IMG/VR virus record: IMGVR_UViG_3300031669_000016
Coordinates: 1 to 64,000 of that record
Origin: a virus
Length of the DNA stretch: 64,000 nucleotides
Direction: 5' to 3' (one strand)
Part shown: positions 19,925-30,515 of the stretch, one piece after another
How the letters are laid out: every line of letters starts with the position of its first letter
How positions within the stretch are numbered: position 1 is the first letter of the stretch
Program-made: the position numbers and the translations under genes
Notes under the pieces: model-generated
Database searches by the model: none
What the model was told of the DNA's origin: nothing
Seen by the model: the letters and a program-made list of their open reading frames with translations, nothing else

Positions 19925-20691
19925 TGACTAAAAGAGATCCGGCCAAAAAGAAAGAGTATGATCAGCAATACTGCCTCCAGAATCAGGAGGCCATCCGTGC
20001 GAGGCATAAGGCATACTATGAAGCAAATCGAGATGCCATCGTCGTGAGACAGAAGGCATACTACGAGACAAACCGGGAGAATCTTCTGATACAAAGTCGG
20101 CAGTATCGTGAAGAGCACCGCGCTGAGTTGGGGATACAAGAGGCCATCTACCGTGAGAAGAATCGAGAAGCACTCCGTATAACAGCAAAAGCTTATCGGA
20201 GGGCGAATCCAGAAAAGGTGAAGGCGAAGAATGCTGCTTATTATCAGAAGAATCGAGATGCCCTTCGCGCGAAGCGGAAGATATATCGGGAGGCGAATCG
20301 GGAGGAACGCTGTATCGCGGCGAAGCGGTGGCAAGAGAACAACCCCGACAAATACGCAGCGATTCACCAAAGAAGCGAGCACCGCCGACGCGCCCGGCTT
20401 GCCAATGTTTCGGGTGAGTACACCCAAGAGCAGTGGTATCAAATACTTACTCGGTATGGTATGGCCTGTGCCAAGTGTGGGCGGTCTCTTACGCGACGCT
20501 CTGCAACTGTAGATCACTTCGTTCCAATTGTTGCTGGTGGTCCGAACTGCGCCGAGAACTTGCAACCGTTATGTAAATCATGTAACAGTCGTAAGCATAC
20601 TCGAATACCCACGTTTGAGGAACAGTTAGCATTCATCGCACGTCGCAAGGCACTAGGCCTTCCAGCCGCCTTGATCGCGGAGGTGCTCTAA
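19921..20691 (+). CDS. HNH endonuclease with N-terminal Y(R/Y)E(A/K)NR(E/D) repeats
   Basis: CAKC...TVDHFVPIVAGG.N..ENLQPLCKSCNSRK. Confidence 0.9.
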   Translation: MMTKRDPAKKKEYDQQYCLQNQEAIRARHKAYYEANRDAIVVRQKAYYETNRENLLIQSRQYREEHRAELGIQEAIYREKNREALRITAKAYRRANPEKVKAKNAAYYQKNRDALRAKRKIYREANREERCIAAKRWQENNPDKYAAIHQRSEHRRRARLANVSGEYTQEQWYQILTRYGMACAKCGRSLTRRSATVDHFVPIVAGGPNCAENLQPLCKSCNSRKHTRIPTFEEQLAFIARRKALGLPAALIAEVL

Positions 20692-20692
20692 G

Positions 20693-21178
20693 ATGCCACT
20701 CAAAGATCCTGTCAAGCGAAAGGAATATCGACGGCAATGGCGCCTCCAGACCCGGGATGCCCGTCACGCGACAGAGAAAGTATGGCGGGAAGCGAACCGG
20801 GATGCCTGTCGCGCGAAAAAGAAAGTGTGGCAGGCAGCGAACCGGGATGCCCGTCGAAGGGGTGCACAGCGGAGGCGCGCTTGTATTACCAATGTTCCGG
20901 GTGAATACACCAAAGATGAATGGCAGGATGTGCTTGTCCGATACGGCATGACTTGTGCTATATGCGGACATCCCTTTACAGCGCGGTCCGCGACAGTAGA
21001 CCACTTTGTTCCTCTGAGTGCGGGTGGTCCTGCCTTTATTAGTAATATTCAACCCCTGTGTAAATCATGCAACAGTCGCAAGGGTAGTCGGATACCTACG
21101 TTTGAGGAACAACTCGCATTCATCGCTCATCGAAAGACGCTAGGCCTTCCAGCCGCTTTGGTCGCGGAGGTGCTCTAA
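20693..21178 (+). CDS. HNH endonuclease, tandem paralog of the previous gene
   Basis: CAIC...TVDHFVPLSAGG...NIQPLCKSCNSRK; C-terminus nearly identical to the upstream HNH. Confidence 0.9.
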   Translation: MPLKDPVKRKEYRRQWRLQTRDARHATEKVWREANRDACRAKKKVWQAANRDARRRGAQRRRACITNVPGEYTKDEWQDVLVRYGMTCAICGHPFTARSATVDHFVPLSAGGPAFISNIQPLCKSCNSRKGSRIPTFEEQLAFIAHRKTLGLPAALVAEVL

Positions 21179-21179
21179 G

Positions 21180-24100
21180 CTGCCAAGCGCTCAATATTCC
21201 TATTTGCTCGGAATAGGCTTGGACCCGGTCACCGTCCAAAGGCTGCAGGCACAGCTAATCCAGCTCGCCCAGCAGGCCTCGAAAGTCGGTACGGCCCAGG
21301 CGCGTACCACTGTGGGTGTCACCCCACAGCAAACCACCGCAACCCAACGCGCCACACGTCAGGCCGCGGCTGGCTTTGCTACTACAAGTAAGCAGGCTAC
21401 GCAGGCAACCCAAGCAGTCAAAGGCTTCGGTGGCGCGATGCAAGAGGCGGGTCGCGGAATCTCTCATGCCGCGGGCAAGGTCCTTCTGTGGAGCGTGGCA
21501 ACAGGTGCGATCTACGGTTCACTGCAAGCCCTCCGCGGTGCTGTCGAGACCATCAACGACGTGGACTTCGCGTTGACTGGTTTGAGGAAGGTATACGCCG
21601 GAAACATCGCTGATCTCGGTCAGATGAAGAGGGCCGCGGTCGATATGGCGATGGCTTATGGTTCTGGAATCTCCGACGTCCTGAATGGTATGCGCGACTG
21701 GGCTCGGCAGGGCTACCGTGCTCGTGATGTAATCGAGTTGACAAGGGTTAGCTTGCTTGCCCAGAACATCGCCGAGATGGATGCTGTACAAGCAACCCGC
21801 TACTTGACGGCGGCCCTGAATCAGTTTGATCTTGAGGCCACTCAAGCAATTACTGTCCTCGACACGTGGAACGAACTAAGCAACCGCTATGCCGCAACGA
21901 CGCAGGACATCGCGGAAGGCACTGCCCGCCTCGGCCGCACCGCCCACGATGCTGGCCTCTCGATCCAAGAAGCCAGCGCGATGGTCGCCGTTCTAGTCGA
22001 GCAGACGAAGCGATCGGGCCAAGAAATCGGAACGGCGATGCGTACCGTTCTGACCTACGCCTATCGCGAGCGCAACGTCAAAGAGCTTGAGAAGATCGGC
22101 ATTTATGTTCGCCGTGAGCGGGGCGAACTGCTGGCTATGATGGACGTTTTGACGCAGCTATCTGTCAAGTGGGAGGTACTTAGCGATACCCAGCGTCAGG
22201 CCATTGCTGAAGCCTTCGGCGTGCGGCGGGTCACCGAGTTCCGGACCCTAATCCAGGGCATGCCCGCCATCCTTGAGGCGACGCGCATCGCGTATGACAG
22301 CCAAGGCTCCGCGTTGCGGGAGAACATCATCTTTCTGGATTCCCTGCAGGTCCGTTATGGGCGGTTGAAGGCCGCGCTTCAAGCACTCGCGGTCGGAACG
22401 GAAACGCAGGATACGTTGAAGAGCATTGTCAGCGTACTCACCAGCCTCGTTACCGTTGTCGATAAGGTTGGCATCAAGACCATCTTCGCTGCGGGCGCTC
22501 TGGTTCTGATCACGCGCTACACCCAAGCCTACTCGGCCGCGCTGATTACGTTCCATACCCAAATGGTTTTGGGCACACAAGCAGTAGCGGCAGGTACGGT
22601 GACAATGGCGGCATGGCAACTCCAGGTCAATGCTGCAACACTTGCCCTGCAGCGATTCTGGGTCACACTTGGTCCTGTTGGTTGGGCCGTGGCCGCTGTT
22701 GGTGTTGCTTTCGGGACTTGGAAGGCCATTGATGCTTATGTTTATCGCCATGAGCGTGCGGCACGTGGACTGGAGCGACAGGCCGAGGACATTGAGCAAA
22801 CAACCCTGGAGGCGCTTCGCCGCGAAGAAGCTGGCTACCGCGCCCAGGTCGACGCGTTGACGCGGCGTGCCGAACTGATCCAATCCTTACGTGATCAGTA
22901 CGAAGCGGTTGGAAAGAGTACTGATAAGGCCGCGGACAAGCAAAAGCAGATGGCGAAGATCCTCGAACTGCTTCAAGCCGCAACGGGTGATGCCAGCTTA
23001 GCTTTACGCGACGGCTTAGCTCCCGCATTTGGCATCGTCGAGCGCGCCGCACAGAGCGCTCTTATCGGCATTACCGATGCGATGGACAAGATGCGGGCCA
23101 GTATTGCCCAAACACTGCGGGGACAAATCCAGGGTATTAGGGGCGATATCGAACTGCGCAGAGATGCCGTCGATAACTTTGCGAAGGCCGCGGAGAGAGA
23201 ACGCAAGACGGTCCTTGGCATGTTCGACACTATTGCTAAGGGGCAGAAGCTGTATGTTGACCCCTTTGCCGGTGTGGATCGAAAAGATGCCGAGGCTGTG
23301 TTGTCTCGGACACATGAGATGAAGGATCTGTCCGGCCTGCAGACCGGTGTTACCAACAGGCTCAGCAATGCGGTGGGTGAGTACAACGTTGCGGCGGGTC
23401 GTCGAATCGAGTTGGAGGGTACACTCAAGACCACTGAACAAGCCCTACTCGAACTCGAAATGGAACGCGCCGATCTTCCCAAAAGGATCGTATCGGATCC
23501 GGATCCGCTCGGCACTAAGAAAGCTGGTAAGAGCCTCCGCAGTTATCAGAATCAGGTCCGATCCGTTATCAATCTGGTACGCGAACTCCAACAGGCGATG
23601 CGGCGTATGGGCGCGGAAGGTCTCGGGCCGTGGTATCAAGAAATCCAACGCTTCGACCAGACTTGGGAGGATATGCAGGACCGCGCGCTGATGGCGTTGG
23701 ACCAGATCAATGAAACCTTGTCCGAAGATATCCCGGCACAGGCGCGCAAAGCCCTGCTTGGGGCACGTGACGAACTGGTCGGCGTGCTCAACACCTTCGC
23801 TACTCAATATCCCCTAGAGTTCCAGCGCGCATGGGAACGTGCACTGCATATCATCCGCGGCGGTGCTGAGGCATTACAGTTCCAGCTCCGTGAGTACCGC
23901 GAAGAGTTGGAGAAGACCCTAGCCGATTGGGTTCGGCGCGGTAAGATCACGCCCGACCAGGCAACGGAGATGCAACGGCTCGCCACGCTGACCAAGCAAT
24001 TCGAGGTCATCTCTAAGAGTGCCGATCTGCTGGAACGGCAGTACCAGTTCGAACGACAAATCACAGAACTCGAAATGGGGAAGGGTTGGGAGTTCTCGCG

Positions 24101-25904
24101 TGAACGCGCCGAGATGTTGCGGCGTGATGTGGAGCAGGCCGCCGGCGCGTTGACCGCGTTACTACTGGCTGCTCGGGCCGAGGGCGCTGTCGGTGAGACC
24201 ATCGGGGAGATTATAACGGAAATGCGCGCAAAGGCGTCTGATCTCGCCGATGCCTTACTTACCGCCGAACAGAAGCTCGTTGGTGCAAATGCAGCGGTGC
24301 TGGACTTCCGAGACGGCATTGTTGGGCTTGGTCAAGACCTCGAACTCTTCCTACTCGACCGACTCGGCGATGTTACCGGGAAGATCAAGTACCTACAAGA
24401 CATCTTCCAGCGCGCCCTAGACCTCAAAGATGTCAACGCTCAGATCGCGGCGTTCCGTAGCTTAGTCGAGCTGCACCAAGAGCTTGTGGAGGTACAGTAC
24501 GACTACTTGAAATTGCAGGCCGACACGGACACGTTCCAGCAGTTCGCGTTGTTACAGCAGCGTTACGGCGCGATGACCGACCCGCGCGAGCGCATCCGGC
24601 TCTGGAAAGAGATGCAGGACATCCAACGCGACTACGCTGACTGGCAACGCGAGGTTGCCGCGGGTATGGAGGACTACGGCCTTGACCCCGTGGCGAGGAC
24701 GACGCGTGAGATCGAGCGGCTGTGGGAGTTACTCGAAGAGTTTCCCCTAACAACAGAAGAGGGGCGGGGGTATTTCGACGAACTCCTCAGCCGCGCCACG
24801 CAGTTTGGTGATGCCTGGCGCGCCGAGGTGAAGCAGCTCAGTAGTAGCTTTAGCGATGCGATGGCCGATGCTATCCAAGGCACTGGCGATCTAACCGAAG
24901 CAATTGCTGGCATTTTCGAGGACATCGGACGGGAATGGCTGAGGACCTACATTAGCCGTCAGATGGAGGGCGTGTTCGAGGAGTTGAACCGCGCCGCTTA
25001 CCGCGCCCGTGGGGAACCTGTTGATAGAGCGACTGACATTATGGGCCGCCTCCGCGAGATCAAACTACCCGAGAAGCCAGAGCTTCCTGCTCTGGAAGGC
25101 CTCGACCTGCAATTGAGTAGCCTTGGTCAGACCTGTTTAGACGCGGCGACAAAAATGGAGCAGTCATTGGTCGCCATAGATGCGGACACTGCCGCTATCA
25201 TCGAGCACACCCGCGCACTGGTCGAGTCGGCGCAGCAGATCGGTGCTACGGGTGGTGGTGGGGCCGACTTCAATAGCTTGCTCCTTCAAGCAGCGGCTGG
25301 AGGCGGGGGTGAGGGTGGAGGCATTCCAGGAGGTGGGGATTACGGAGTGAAGCCGTGGCAAAAGTCGGTGATCGGAGCCGCTGGACTTTACAGTGCATAC
25401 GAAACTGGATCACCAATGGCAGGTATGGTTGGTGGTGCCTTAGCATTTGGCCCCTGGGGCGCTGTGGCCGGCCTTGGTCTTGGAATACTGGGCAAGCGTA
25501 AGAAGAAAAAGGAGGCGGATGCCCAGCAGGCCGCGTTCGCACAGAAATTGATGGCGAAATACGGCGCTTTCTGGTCCCCGCCTGATGTGATGTGGAGTAC
25601 TACTCCATTCCTTTCCGCAATGGACTATCCTGCCTACGCCTCTTACCGCGGCTACGCCGCACCGAAACCGTCCGCGGCATATCCTACCGTATCTGCGGCA
25701 TGGACCGCGCCGACGCGCTACCCCACTGTGACGGCTCCACAATTCGATCTGCGCGAACTGGCACGACGCATCCAGCCAATCACGGTGAACCTACACGGCA
25801 CGGGCTATACGGCGCGTGATGCGCGCCAGATCGCCGTTTCGATCCAACGCGAGCAGGCCCGGCTCTACGAGCGCGAACAAAAAGCCGGGGTTAGGGTGAG
25901 GTGA
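21180..25904 (+). CDS. tape measure protein (TP901-like core)
   Basis: About 1570 aa, helical and Ala-rich, with NELSNRYAATTQDIAEG...SGQEIGTAMRT core. Start is CTG 21180 (RBS-supported) or TTG 21204. Confidence 0.9.
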   Translation: MPSAQYSYLLGIGLDPVTVQRLQAQLIQLAQQASKVGTAQARTTVGVTPQQTTATQRATRQAAAGFATTSKQATQATQAVKGFGGAMQEAGRGISHAAGKVLLWSVATGAIYGSLQALRGAVETINDVDFALTGLRKVYAGNIADLGQMKRAAVDMAMAYGSGISDVLNGMRDWARQGYRARDVIELTRVSLLAQNIAEMDAVQATRYLTAALNQFDLEATQAITVLDTWNELSNRYAATTQDIAEGTARLGRTAHDAGLSIQEASAMVAVLVEQTKRSGQEIGTAMRTVLTYAYRERNVKELEKIGIYVRRERGELLAMMDVLTQLSVKWEVLSDTQRQAIAEAFGVRRVTEFRTLIQGMPAILEATRIAYDSQGSALRENIIFLDSLQVRYGRLKAALQALAVGTETQDTLKSIVSVLTSLVTVVDKVGIKTIFAAGALVLITRYTQAYSAALITFHTQMVLGTQAVAAGTVTMAAWQLQVNAATLALQRFWVTLGPVGWAVAAVGVAFGTWKAIDAYVYRHERAARGLERQAEDIEQTTLEALRREEAGYRAQVDALTRRAELIQSLRDQYEAVGKSTDKAADKQKQMAKILELLQAATGDASLALRDGLAPAFGIVERAAQSALIGITDAMDKMRASIAQTLRGQIQGIRGDIELRRDAVDNFAKAAERERKTVLGMFDTIAKGQKLYVDPFAGVDRKDAEAVLSRTHEMKDLSGLQTGVTNRLSNAVGEYNVAAGRRIELEGTLKTTEQALLELEMERADLPKRIVSDPDPLGTKKAGKSLRSYQNQVRSVINLVRELQQAMRRMGAEGLGPWYQEIQRFDQTWEDMQDRALMALDQINETLSEDIPAQARKALLGARDELVGVLNTFATQYPLEFQRAWERALHIIRGGAEALQFQLREYREELEKTLADWVRRGKITPDQATEMQRLATLTKQFEVISKSADLLERQYQFERQITELEMGKGWEFSRERAEMLRRDVEQAAGALTALLLAARAEGAVGETIGEIITEMRAKASDLADALLTAEQKLVGANAAVLDFRDGIVGLGQDLELFLLDRLGDVTGKIKYLQDIFQRALDLKDVNAQIAAFRSLVELHQELVEVQYDYLKLQADTDTFQQFALLQQRYGAMTDPRERIRLWKEMQDIQRDYADWQREVAAGMEDYGLDPVARTTREIERLWELLEEFPLTTEEGRGYFDELLSRATQFGDAWRAEVKQLSSSFSDAMADAIQGTGDLTEAIAGIFEDIGREWLRTYISRQMEGVFEELNRAAYRARGEPVDRATDIMGRLREIKLPEKPELPALEGLDLQLSSLGQTCLDAATKMEQSLVAIDADTAAIIEHTRALVESAQQIGATGGGGADFNSLLLQAAAGGGGEGGGIPGGGDYGVKPWQKSVIGAAGLYSAYETGSPMAGMVGGALAFGPWGAVAGLGLGILGKRKKKKEADAQQAAFAQKLMAKYGAFWSPPDVMWSTTPFLSAMDYPAYASYRGYAAPKPSAAYPTVSAAWTAPTRYPTVTAPQFDLRELARRIQPITVNLHGTGYTARDARQIAVSIQREQARLYEREQKAGVRVR

Positions 25905-25908
25905 TGAG

Positions 25909-27285
25909 ATGCTGCGGCGATCCAATGTTGGACGTGTGACACATACACCATTTGCCGACTTTCCGGCGTTGACACGAGAACGCTACGTTCTGCCCGCGAA
26001 TCCGACACGCATCACGGCCGCGGAGGAATCGGCTGCGGAACACATGCGCCTCGCCGGTGGGCACGAGAAGGTTGTGACACCGTCTCGACATCTCTATCCG
26101 GGTGCTGGTAGTGCGCGGCGTGTGTGGTGGCCACTCGTCGAGGTTGAGTTCCCTGATGTCATGCCTGCCGAGTTTATCCGTCAGCTCCGCGAAATGCAGC
26201 ATCGCGGTCAGCGCGTCGCGTTCTGGATCCCCGGCCTTGATGAACCTCGGGGTGGGCTTCCCATTCACCGCCGCTTCCTCGACAAGATGTGGACCGAGGA
26301 GGGCACTTACTACTACACAAACGCGCTGCCTTGGAGTGAGAAAGGTCTGCGGCTGTACGACGCCGCTGGCAACCTGATCTATGAGAACACCGGTTCTGGT
26401 AATGATGGAAATGCTTACGGAATTGCATTAGATGGTGGCCATGGACGCATTTCCCGGGGCTCCACAGGTCCGCAGGACTACTACGCCTCCTATGACCGCC
26501 TCGTCTACGGGCACATCGTCTCGATTTCGGTTGACCCCGTACCTGCGGGGCAGTACGCACGGTTCGGACCATCCGTGGCGATACAAGAAATCGACTTCCC
26601 TGTGGTTACGCGCACAAACAAACTGTACTTCACGAAAACGGCGGCTGCAGTTGATGGATTGGCGGCTGAAACAGCGTCGAGTCAGACACCATCGGGCTGG
26701 ATGGGTAGCGTCGGCCTCTACGACATGGATCCGCAGTTTGTGTTAGCACCGCAGTCTGTGGGGCAGTTCAAGGTCGGGAAGGACTTGGATTATCAGTACG
26801 ATCTCTTCGGTGTCTTCGTCAGTCCGCCACTAGCTGATCAGATCATCGCGGCCGGTACGAAGTGTTCACTCGGCCTTTGCTACGCCAATGGCTATCCCGA
26901 AACCGATCACCTCTGGCCACACGGCTTCGTTTATTTGTGGCGGCCCGGCATCGGAATCGTGGCGGTGTTATCGAACACGTCTTATGATCTCAGCATACGT
27001 GGCGGCGCGCCCGGCCGCATCCACCACATCGCGGATTGGTATACAACCGGTGCTGTGATCGGTCCCCCCATTGGTGATTGCGTCGACGTCTTCGATGGCG
27101 ACCGCATCGTCGCCGAGGTCTGGGGCTATTTCAACCTGCCCATGGAGTCGCCCGATAAAAACACGGTCGCATATGGCTTCGGCGGTACCGGTCTGAGCCT
27201 CCCACCAGCTCAAAACGTAGTGCTTGATGATACAGTCGGTTTCGTCGAGTTCTCGAATACGCTGTACGTGTTGGAGCAGGGATAG
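25909..27285 (+). CDS. putative distal tail protein
   Basis: 458 aa directly after tape measure. Confidence 0.5.
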   Translation: MLRRSNVGRVTHTPFADFPALTRERYVLPANPTRITAAEESAAEHMRLAGGHEKVVTPSRHLYPGAGSARRVWWPLVEVEFPDVMPAEFIRQLREMQHRGQRVAFWIPGLDEPRGGLPIHRRFLDKMWTEEGTYYYTNALPWSEKGLRLYDAAGNLIYENTGSGNDGNAYGIALDGGHGRISRGSTGPQDYYASYDRLVYGHIVSISVDPVPAGQYARFGPSVAIQEIDFPVVTRTNKLYFTKTAAAVDGLAAETASSQTPSGWMGSVGLYDMDPQFVLAPQSVGQFKVGKDLDYQYDLFGVFVSPPLADQIIAAGTKCSLGLCYANGYPETDHLWPHGFVYLWRPGIGIVAVLSNTSYDLSIRGGAPGRIHHIADWYTTGAVIGPPIGDCVDVFDGDRIVAEVWGYFNLPMESPDKNTVAYGFGGTGLSLPPAQNVVLDDTVGFVEFSNTLYVLEQG

Positions 27286-30200
27286 TGCCTAGTGCTGTGC
27301 AGCAAAAACTGGGGCGTATCCTCAAGCGCGCATCGGTAGAATATCAAGCCCGGTTCGTCTGGACCGCGTTGACCTGGGATACCGATACGCCCTATGATCC
27401 TGCGTACACACCACCGATTCGTGCCGCGTCCAGCATAGATCTGGCACCTCACGTTGCGTCGTGGGAGGCGACGCGCCGGGTGCGTCAGCTCGCCGCAAAC
27501 CTTACCCTAACTCTCAAAGCCAGCCTCGACGACGCTACGCTTCGTCAGATTGACTACAATGATCTGATCGAGGTCAGTCTGATAGTCAGTGCTGGAGGCG
27601 AGGCAGTAACGGTGAATCTTGGTGCCTACTTCGTAGACCGGATCCCCGAACCAGCAGAAGAGGTGGGGCAGGCCGGTGAATGGGTTATCGAGGCGCGGGA
27701 TGCCGCGAAGTTGTTACAACGCCGTCGCTACTACGGCAGGTTGGAGCCGAGCCGCATTCGCGTACCCGCTTCAGGCTTTGTGGCGCTGTCAAAGCAGGAT
27801 AAGCCTGGACTTGACTACATCGAGTTCTTCCACGACCCCACTGGACTTGACGCGGTCTTGAGCCGCACCATCAATTGGTGCTCATTACCCAAGCCTGTAT
27901 TTCGTGTCCTAGAAACGAGCGAGTCGGTTGTACCTGATGATGAGAACGTACGCGTCCTCTTCGGCGACGGATTAGTGCGGATCGGGAGAGAATGGTTCGC
28001 CGACAATATCGGTACCAACAACACCCTTCAGGTCGCGTACTATCGCTATGCGCAGTGGGAGGATACGTTCGGGGCCGCATATGACTTGAACTCGCCAATG
28101 GACATCGTTCTGGACATGGCGCTGTGGGCCGGTTTCCAGGACACTGATCCTAACGCACTGCTCTACATCGAACGGATCGATGATGTGACCTTCCCCATGC
28201 CGTTCGATAAGGTCTTCGGACACGACGGCACTGACCACACCGATGATGCCGCCACAGGCGGGGACATCGCTGGGGCCAATCTCTATTTAGGGGTGTTGTC
28301 TCGACGCTTCCCAGCCGTGCATTGGTCGCTCAAGACCGCGGCGACGCATTCGGATACGACTCCACAGTTCTGCTACGACTACTGGGATGGTGCTCAATGG
28401 GTCGAGATCACACCAGATCAGGACACGACCGATGATCTGCGGCAATCCGGCTTCGTCTCCTGGTTCGGGCAGGATCTGAGTGCCTGGGTGGTTTGCCAAC
28501 CCCTGGCGGTGATGCCAGAGGGTTACTATATACGTGTACGCCAGCTCAACGGCATTGGTGTCGTCTCAACCCTTATCATGGCGGGGCATCCGATTCAATG
28601 CCAGGACAGTCGTCTCACAACCGATGATGACCTCGTCCCCGAAGATGTATTGGAGCGCCTTGTACGCCCATCCGTTCCGCCGAACTATCGTTGGGAAGGC
28701 ACGCGCACCGGCGGCTTTGCTGCCGTGCTTGACGTAGCCAACATTGCAGATCCCGACTTCGAGTTGGTAGATGAGACACGCGTCAGCATCAGCCCGGAGC
28801 GGCCCCATGAGGACGACCTCAAAACCGTTGTGACCTACCGCGGCCAGGCGCGGGAACGTTTGAACGCGGCGTTGGCCCAGAACGGCGGGGCGTGTTGGAA
28901 CTTAGTGGCTGATCCTGACGAGGCCACGACGTTCTATCGGCTCATAGACGGCAACACACGAATGGCCATCAACTTCGCCGGTGCTCTGGGCACCCTACCT
29001 GCAGCCGAGACCGTGGTATTCCGCATCGATTTGGGGTGCGTTCGCGGCGAGATTGATCTGCGCGAGATTCGGCCCTACACACAAAACGCGGACACACCCA
29101 TTACGATCACGCCCGGAACGGGTGGTGTGACCTGGGCCGACAACGCCTTTGGCACCGCGGTCACGGACGATAGTGATGCGACCTGGAAGTTGCTGATCGT
29201 AAATCTCGGCTGGATCACCTATGCAGACGATCATCAACGCGTCAACTTTGCAACTCCGAAGTCCATCAACCGCGTTGATTTGAGACTGTCGAATACGGAT
29301 ATCCGTAGGTCTGTACGTGTCGAGATCAAGCTTTCGGGTGAGACGAACTGGCGGCTCGTCGCCGCGGTATCGAAGCAGATCGGGGCCGCGCCAGAGACCG
29401 TTAGTCTGACCAATCTACGGCTCCATAATGTTGTGGGTCTGCGGATCAACGGCCCGATAATGAGTTCGATATGGGACGGAATCGGAAAACTATACGAACT
29501 CGATCTGTTTGGCCCGGACAGTTCCGAACTGATCGGTACGTGGTCGGCTATTGGTGGTGTCGGCGATGTCGACGATCTGCACGACGGCAACACCGTTACT
29601 GGTATGGTCTTCGCTGCGCGTGGTGAGGGCTTCCAAGTAGACTTTACGACTCCGGGCCTTCTCGACTACTTAGAGGTCTTTGGTATCATCCACGGCAATA
29701 TGCTGGTGGAGTATCAGGTAGATGGCGGATCTGTCTGGGAACCCGGAATCTTTCTAACACCAATGCCTGAGTGTTTGGCAAGCTACACCGCCCTCGGCTG
29801 GGCCAATGTCGCCAAGGTACGGTTCCGGGTATTAGGAACCACGCCTGTTCAGGAGCTTTCTGCCATCGAGGTGTACACGCCCGCGTATGTGAGCGAGGAG
29901 ACGACATCGGGCCGCATGGTCGTGCCGGCGAAGTGGCGGATCGAGTACCAAGACGCATCTGACTTCTTATGGTACACGCTCTGTTCTGAGGCTGATGGTG
30001 CCGCATTCGAGATTCCGAAAAGCGTAATTGACCGCGGTATGTTCGGACCCGAGATCTTTGCGCGCGCGTTACGGTTCACGATCCTCGCCTGGGGCAAGGA
30101 TGAGAACGGTAATAGCAATGCCTGGATCGGTGAGATCAAGGTCTGGATCGGGGATACGTTGTATGGCAAAGCGGTGTTGGGTCTAACAGCACCATTCGAT

Positions 30201-30515
30201 TCTGCGGCTGATCTCGCGCTACAGGGCCGCCTGGGTTGGAAAACCAAGACATACCCGATTGATGTGACGGCGACAACACAGGAAACGGTGGACTACCGCG
30301 CCCTCCAGCTGCTTCGGGAGCAGTTACGGATGCCCTACACGCTCTACGCAGTAGATCTACGCTACGATGTCGGGCTGGGGCAGACCGCACGGCTGCCCGA
30401 GCATGTACGGCTCGCCTATGATCTTCCCTACGTATTCTATCTGGTCACCGAAGCGGTTATTGGGGCCGAGGGTGCCACAACTGCGCCGCTAGTGGAGTGT
30501 CTACTATTGCCATAA
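27285..30515 (+). CDS. tail tip/hub protein with putative discoidin-like carbohydrate-binding inserts
   Basis: 1076 aa; IEARDAAKLL hub-like motif; LIDGN and LHDGN segments typical of F5/8-type domains. Confidence 0.55.
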   Translation: MPSAVQQKLGRILKRASVEYQARFVWTALTWDTDTPYDPAYTPPIRAASSIDLAPHVASWEATRRVRQLAANLTLTLKASLDDATLRQIDYNDLIEVSLIVSAGGEAVTVNLGAYFVDRIPEPAEEVGQAGEWVIEARDAAKLLQRRRYYGRLEPSRIRVPASGFVALSKQDKPGLDYIEFFHDPTGLDAVLSRTINWCSLPKPVFRVLETSESVVPDDENVRVLFGDGLVRIGREWFADNIGTNNTLQVAYYRYAQWEDTFGAAYDLNSPMDIVLDMALWAGFQDTDPNALLYIERIDDVTFPMPFDKVFGHDGTDHTDDAATGGDIAGANLYLGVLSRRFPAVHWSLKTAATHSDTTPQFCYDYWDGAQWVEITPDQDTTDDLRQSGFVSWFGQDLSAWVVCQPLAVMPEGYYIRVRQLNGIGVVSTLIMAGHPIQCQDSRLTTDDDLVPEDVLERLVRPSVPPNYRWEGTRTGGFAAVLDVANIADPDFELVDETRVSISPERPHEDDLKTVVTYRGQARERLNAALAQNGGACWNLVADPDEATTFYRLIDGNTRMAINFAGALGTLPAAETVVFRIDLGCVRGEIDLREIRPYTQNADTPITITPGTGGVTWADNAFGTAVTDDSDATWKLLIVNLGWITYADDHQRVNFATPKSINRVDLRLSNTDIRRSVRVEIKLSGETNWRLVAAVSKQIGAAPETVSLTNLRLHNVVGLRINGPIMSSIWDGIGKLYELDLFGPDSSELIGTWSAIGGVGDVDDLHDGNTVTGMVFAARGEGFQVDFTTPGLLDYLEVFGIIHGNMLVEYQVDGGSVWEPGIFLTPMPECLASYTALGWANVAKVRFRVLGTTPVQELSAIEVYTPAYVSEETTSGRMVVPAKWRIEYQDASDFLWYTLCSEADGAAFEIPKSVIDRGMFGPEIFARALRFTILAWGKDENGNSNAWIGEIKVWIGDTLYGKAVLGLTAPFDSAADLALQGRLGWKTKTYPIDVTATTQETVDYRALQLLREQLRMPYTLYAVDLRYDVGLGQTARLPEHVRLAYDLPYVFYLVTEAVIGAEGATTAPLVECLLLP

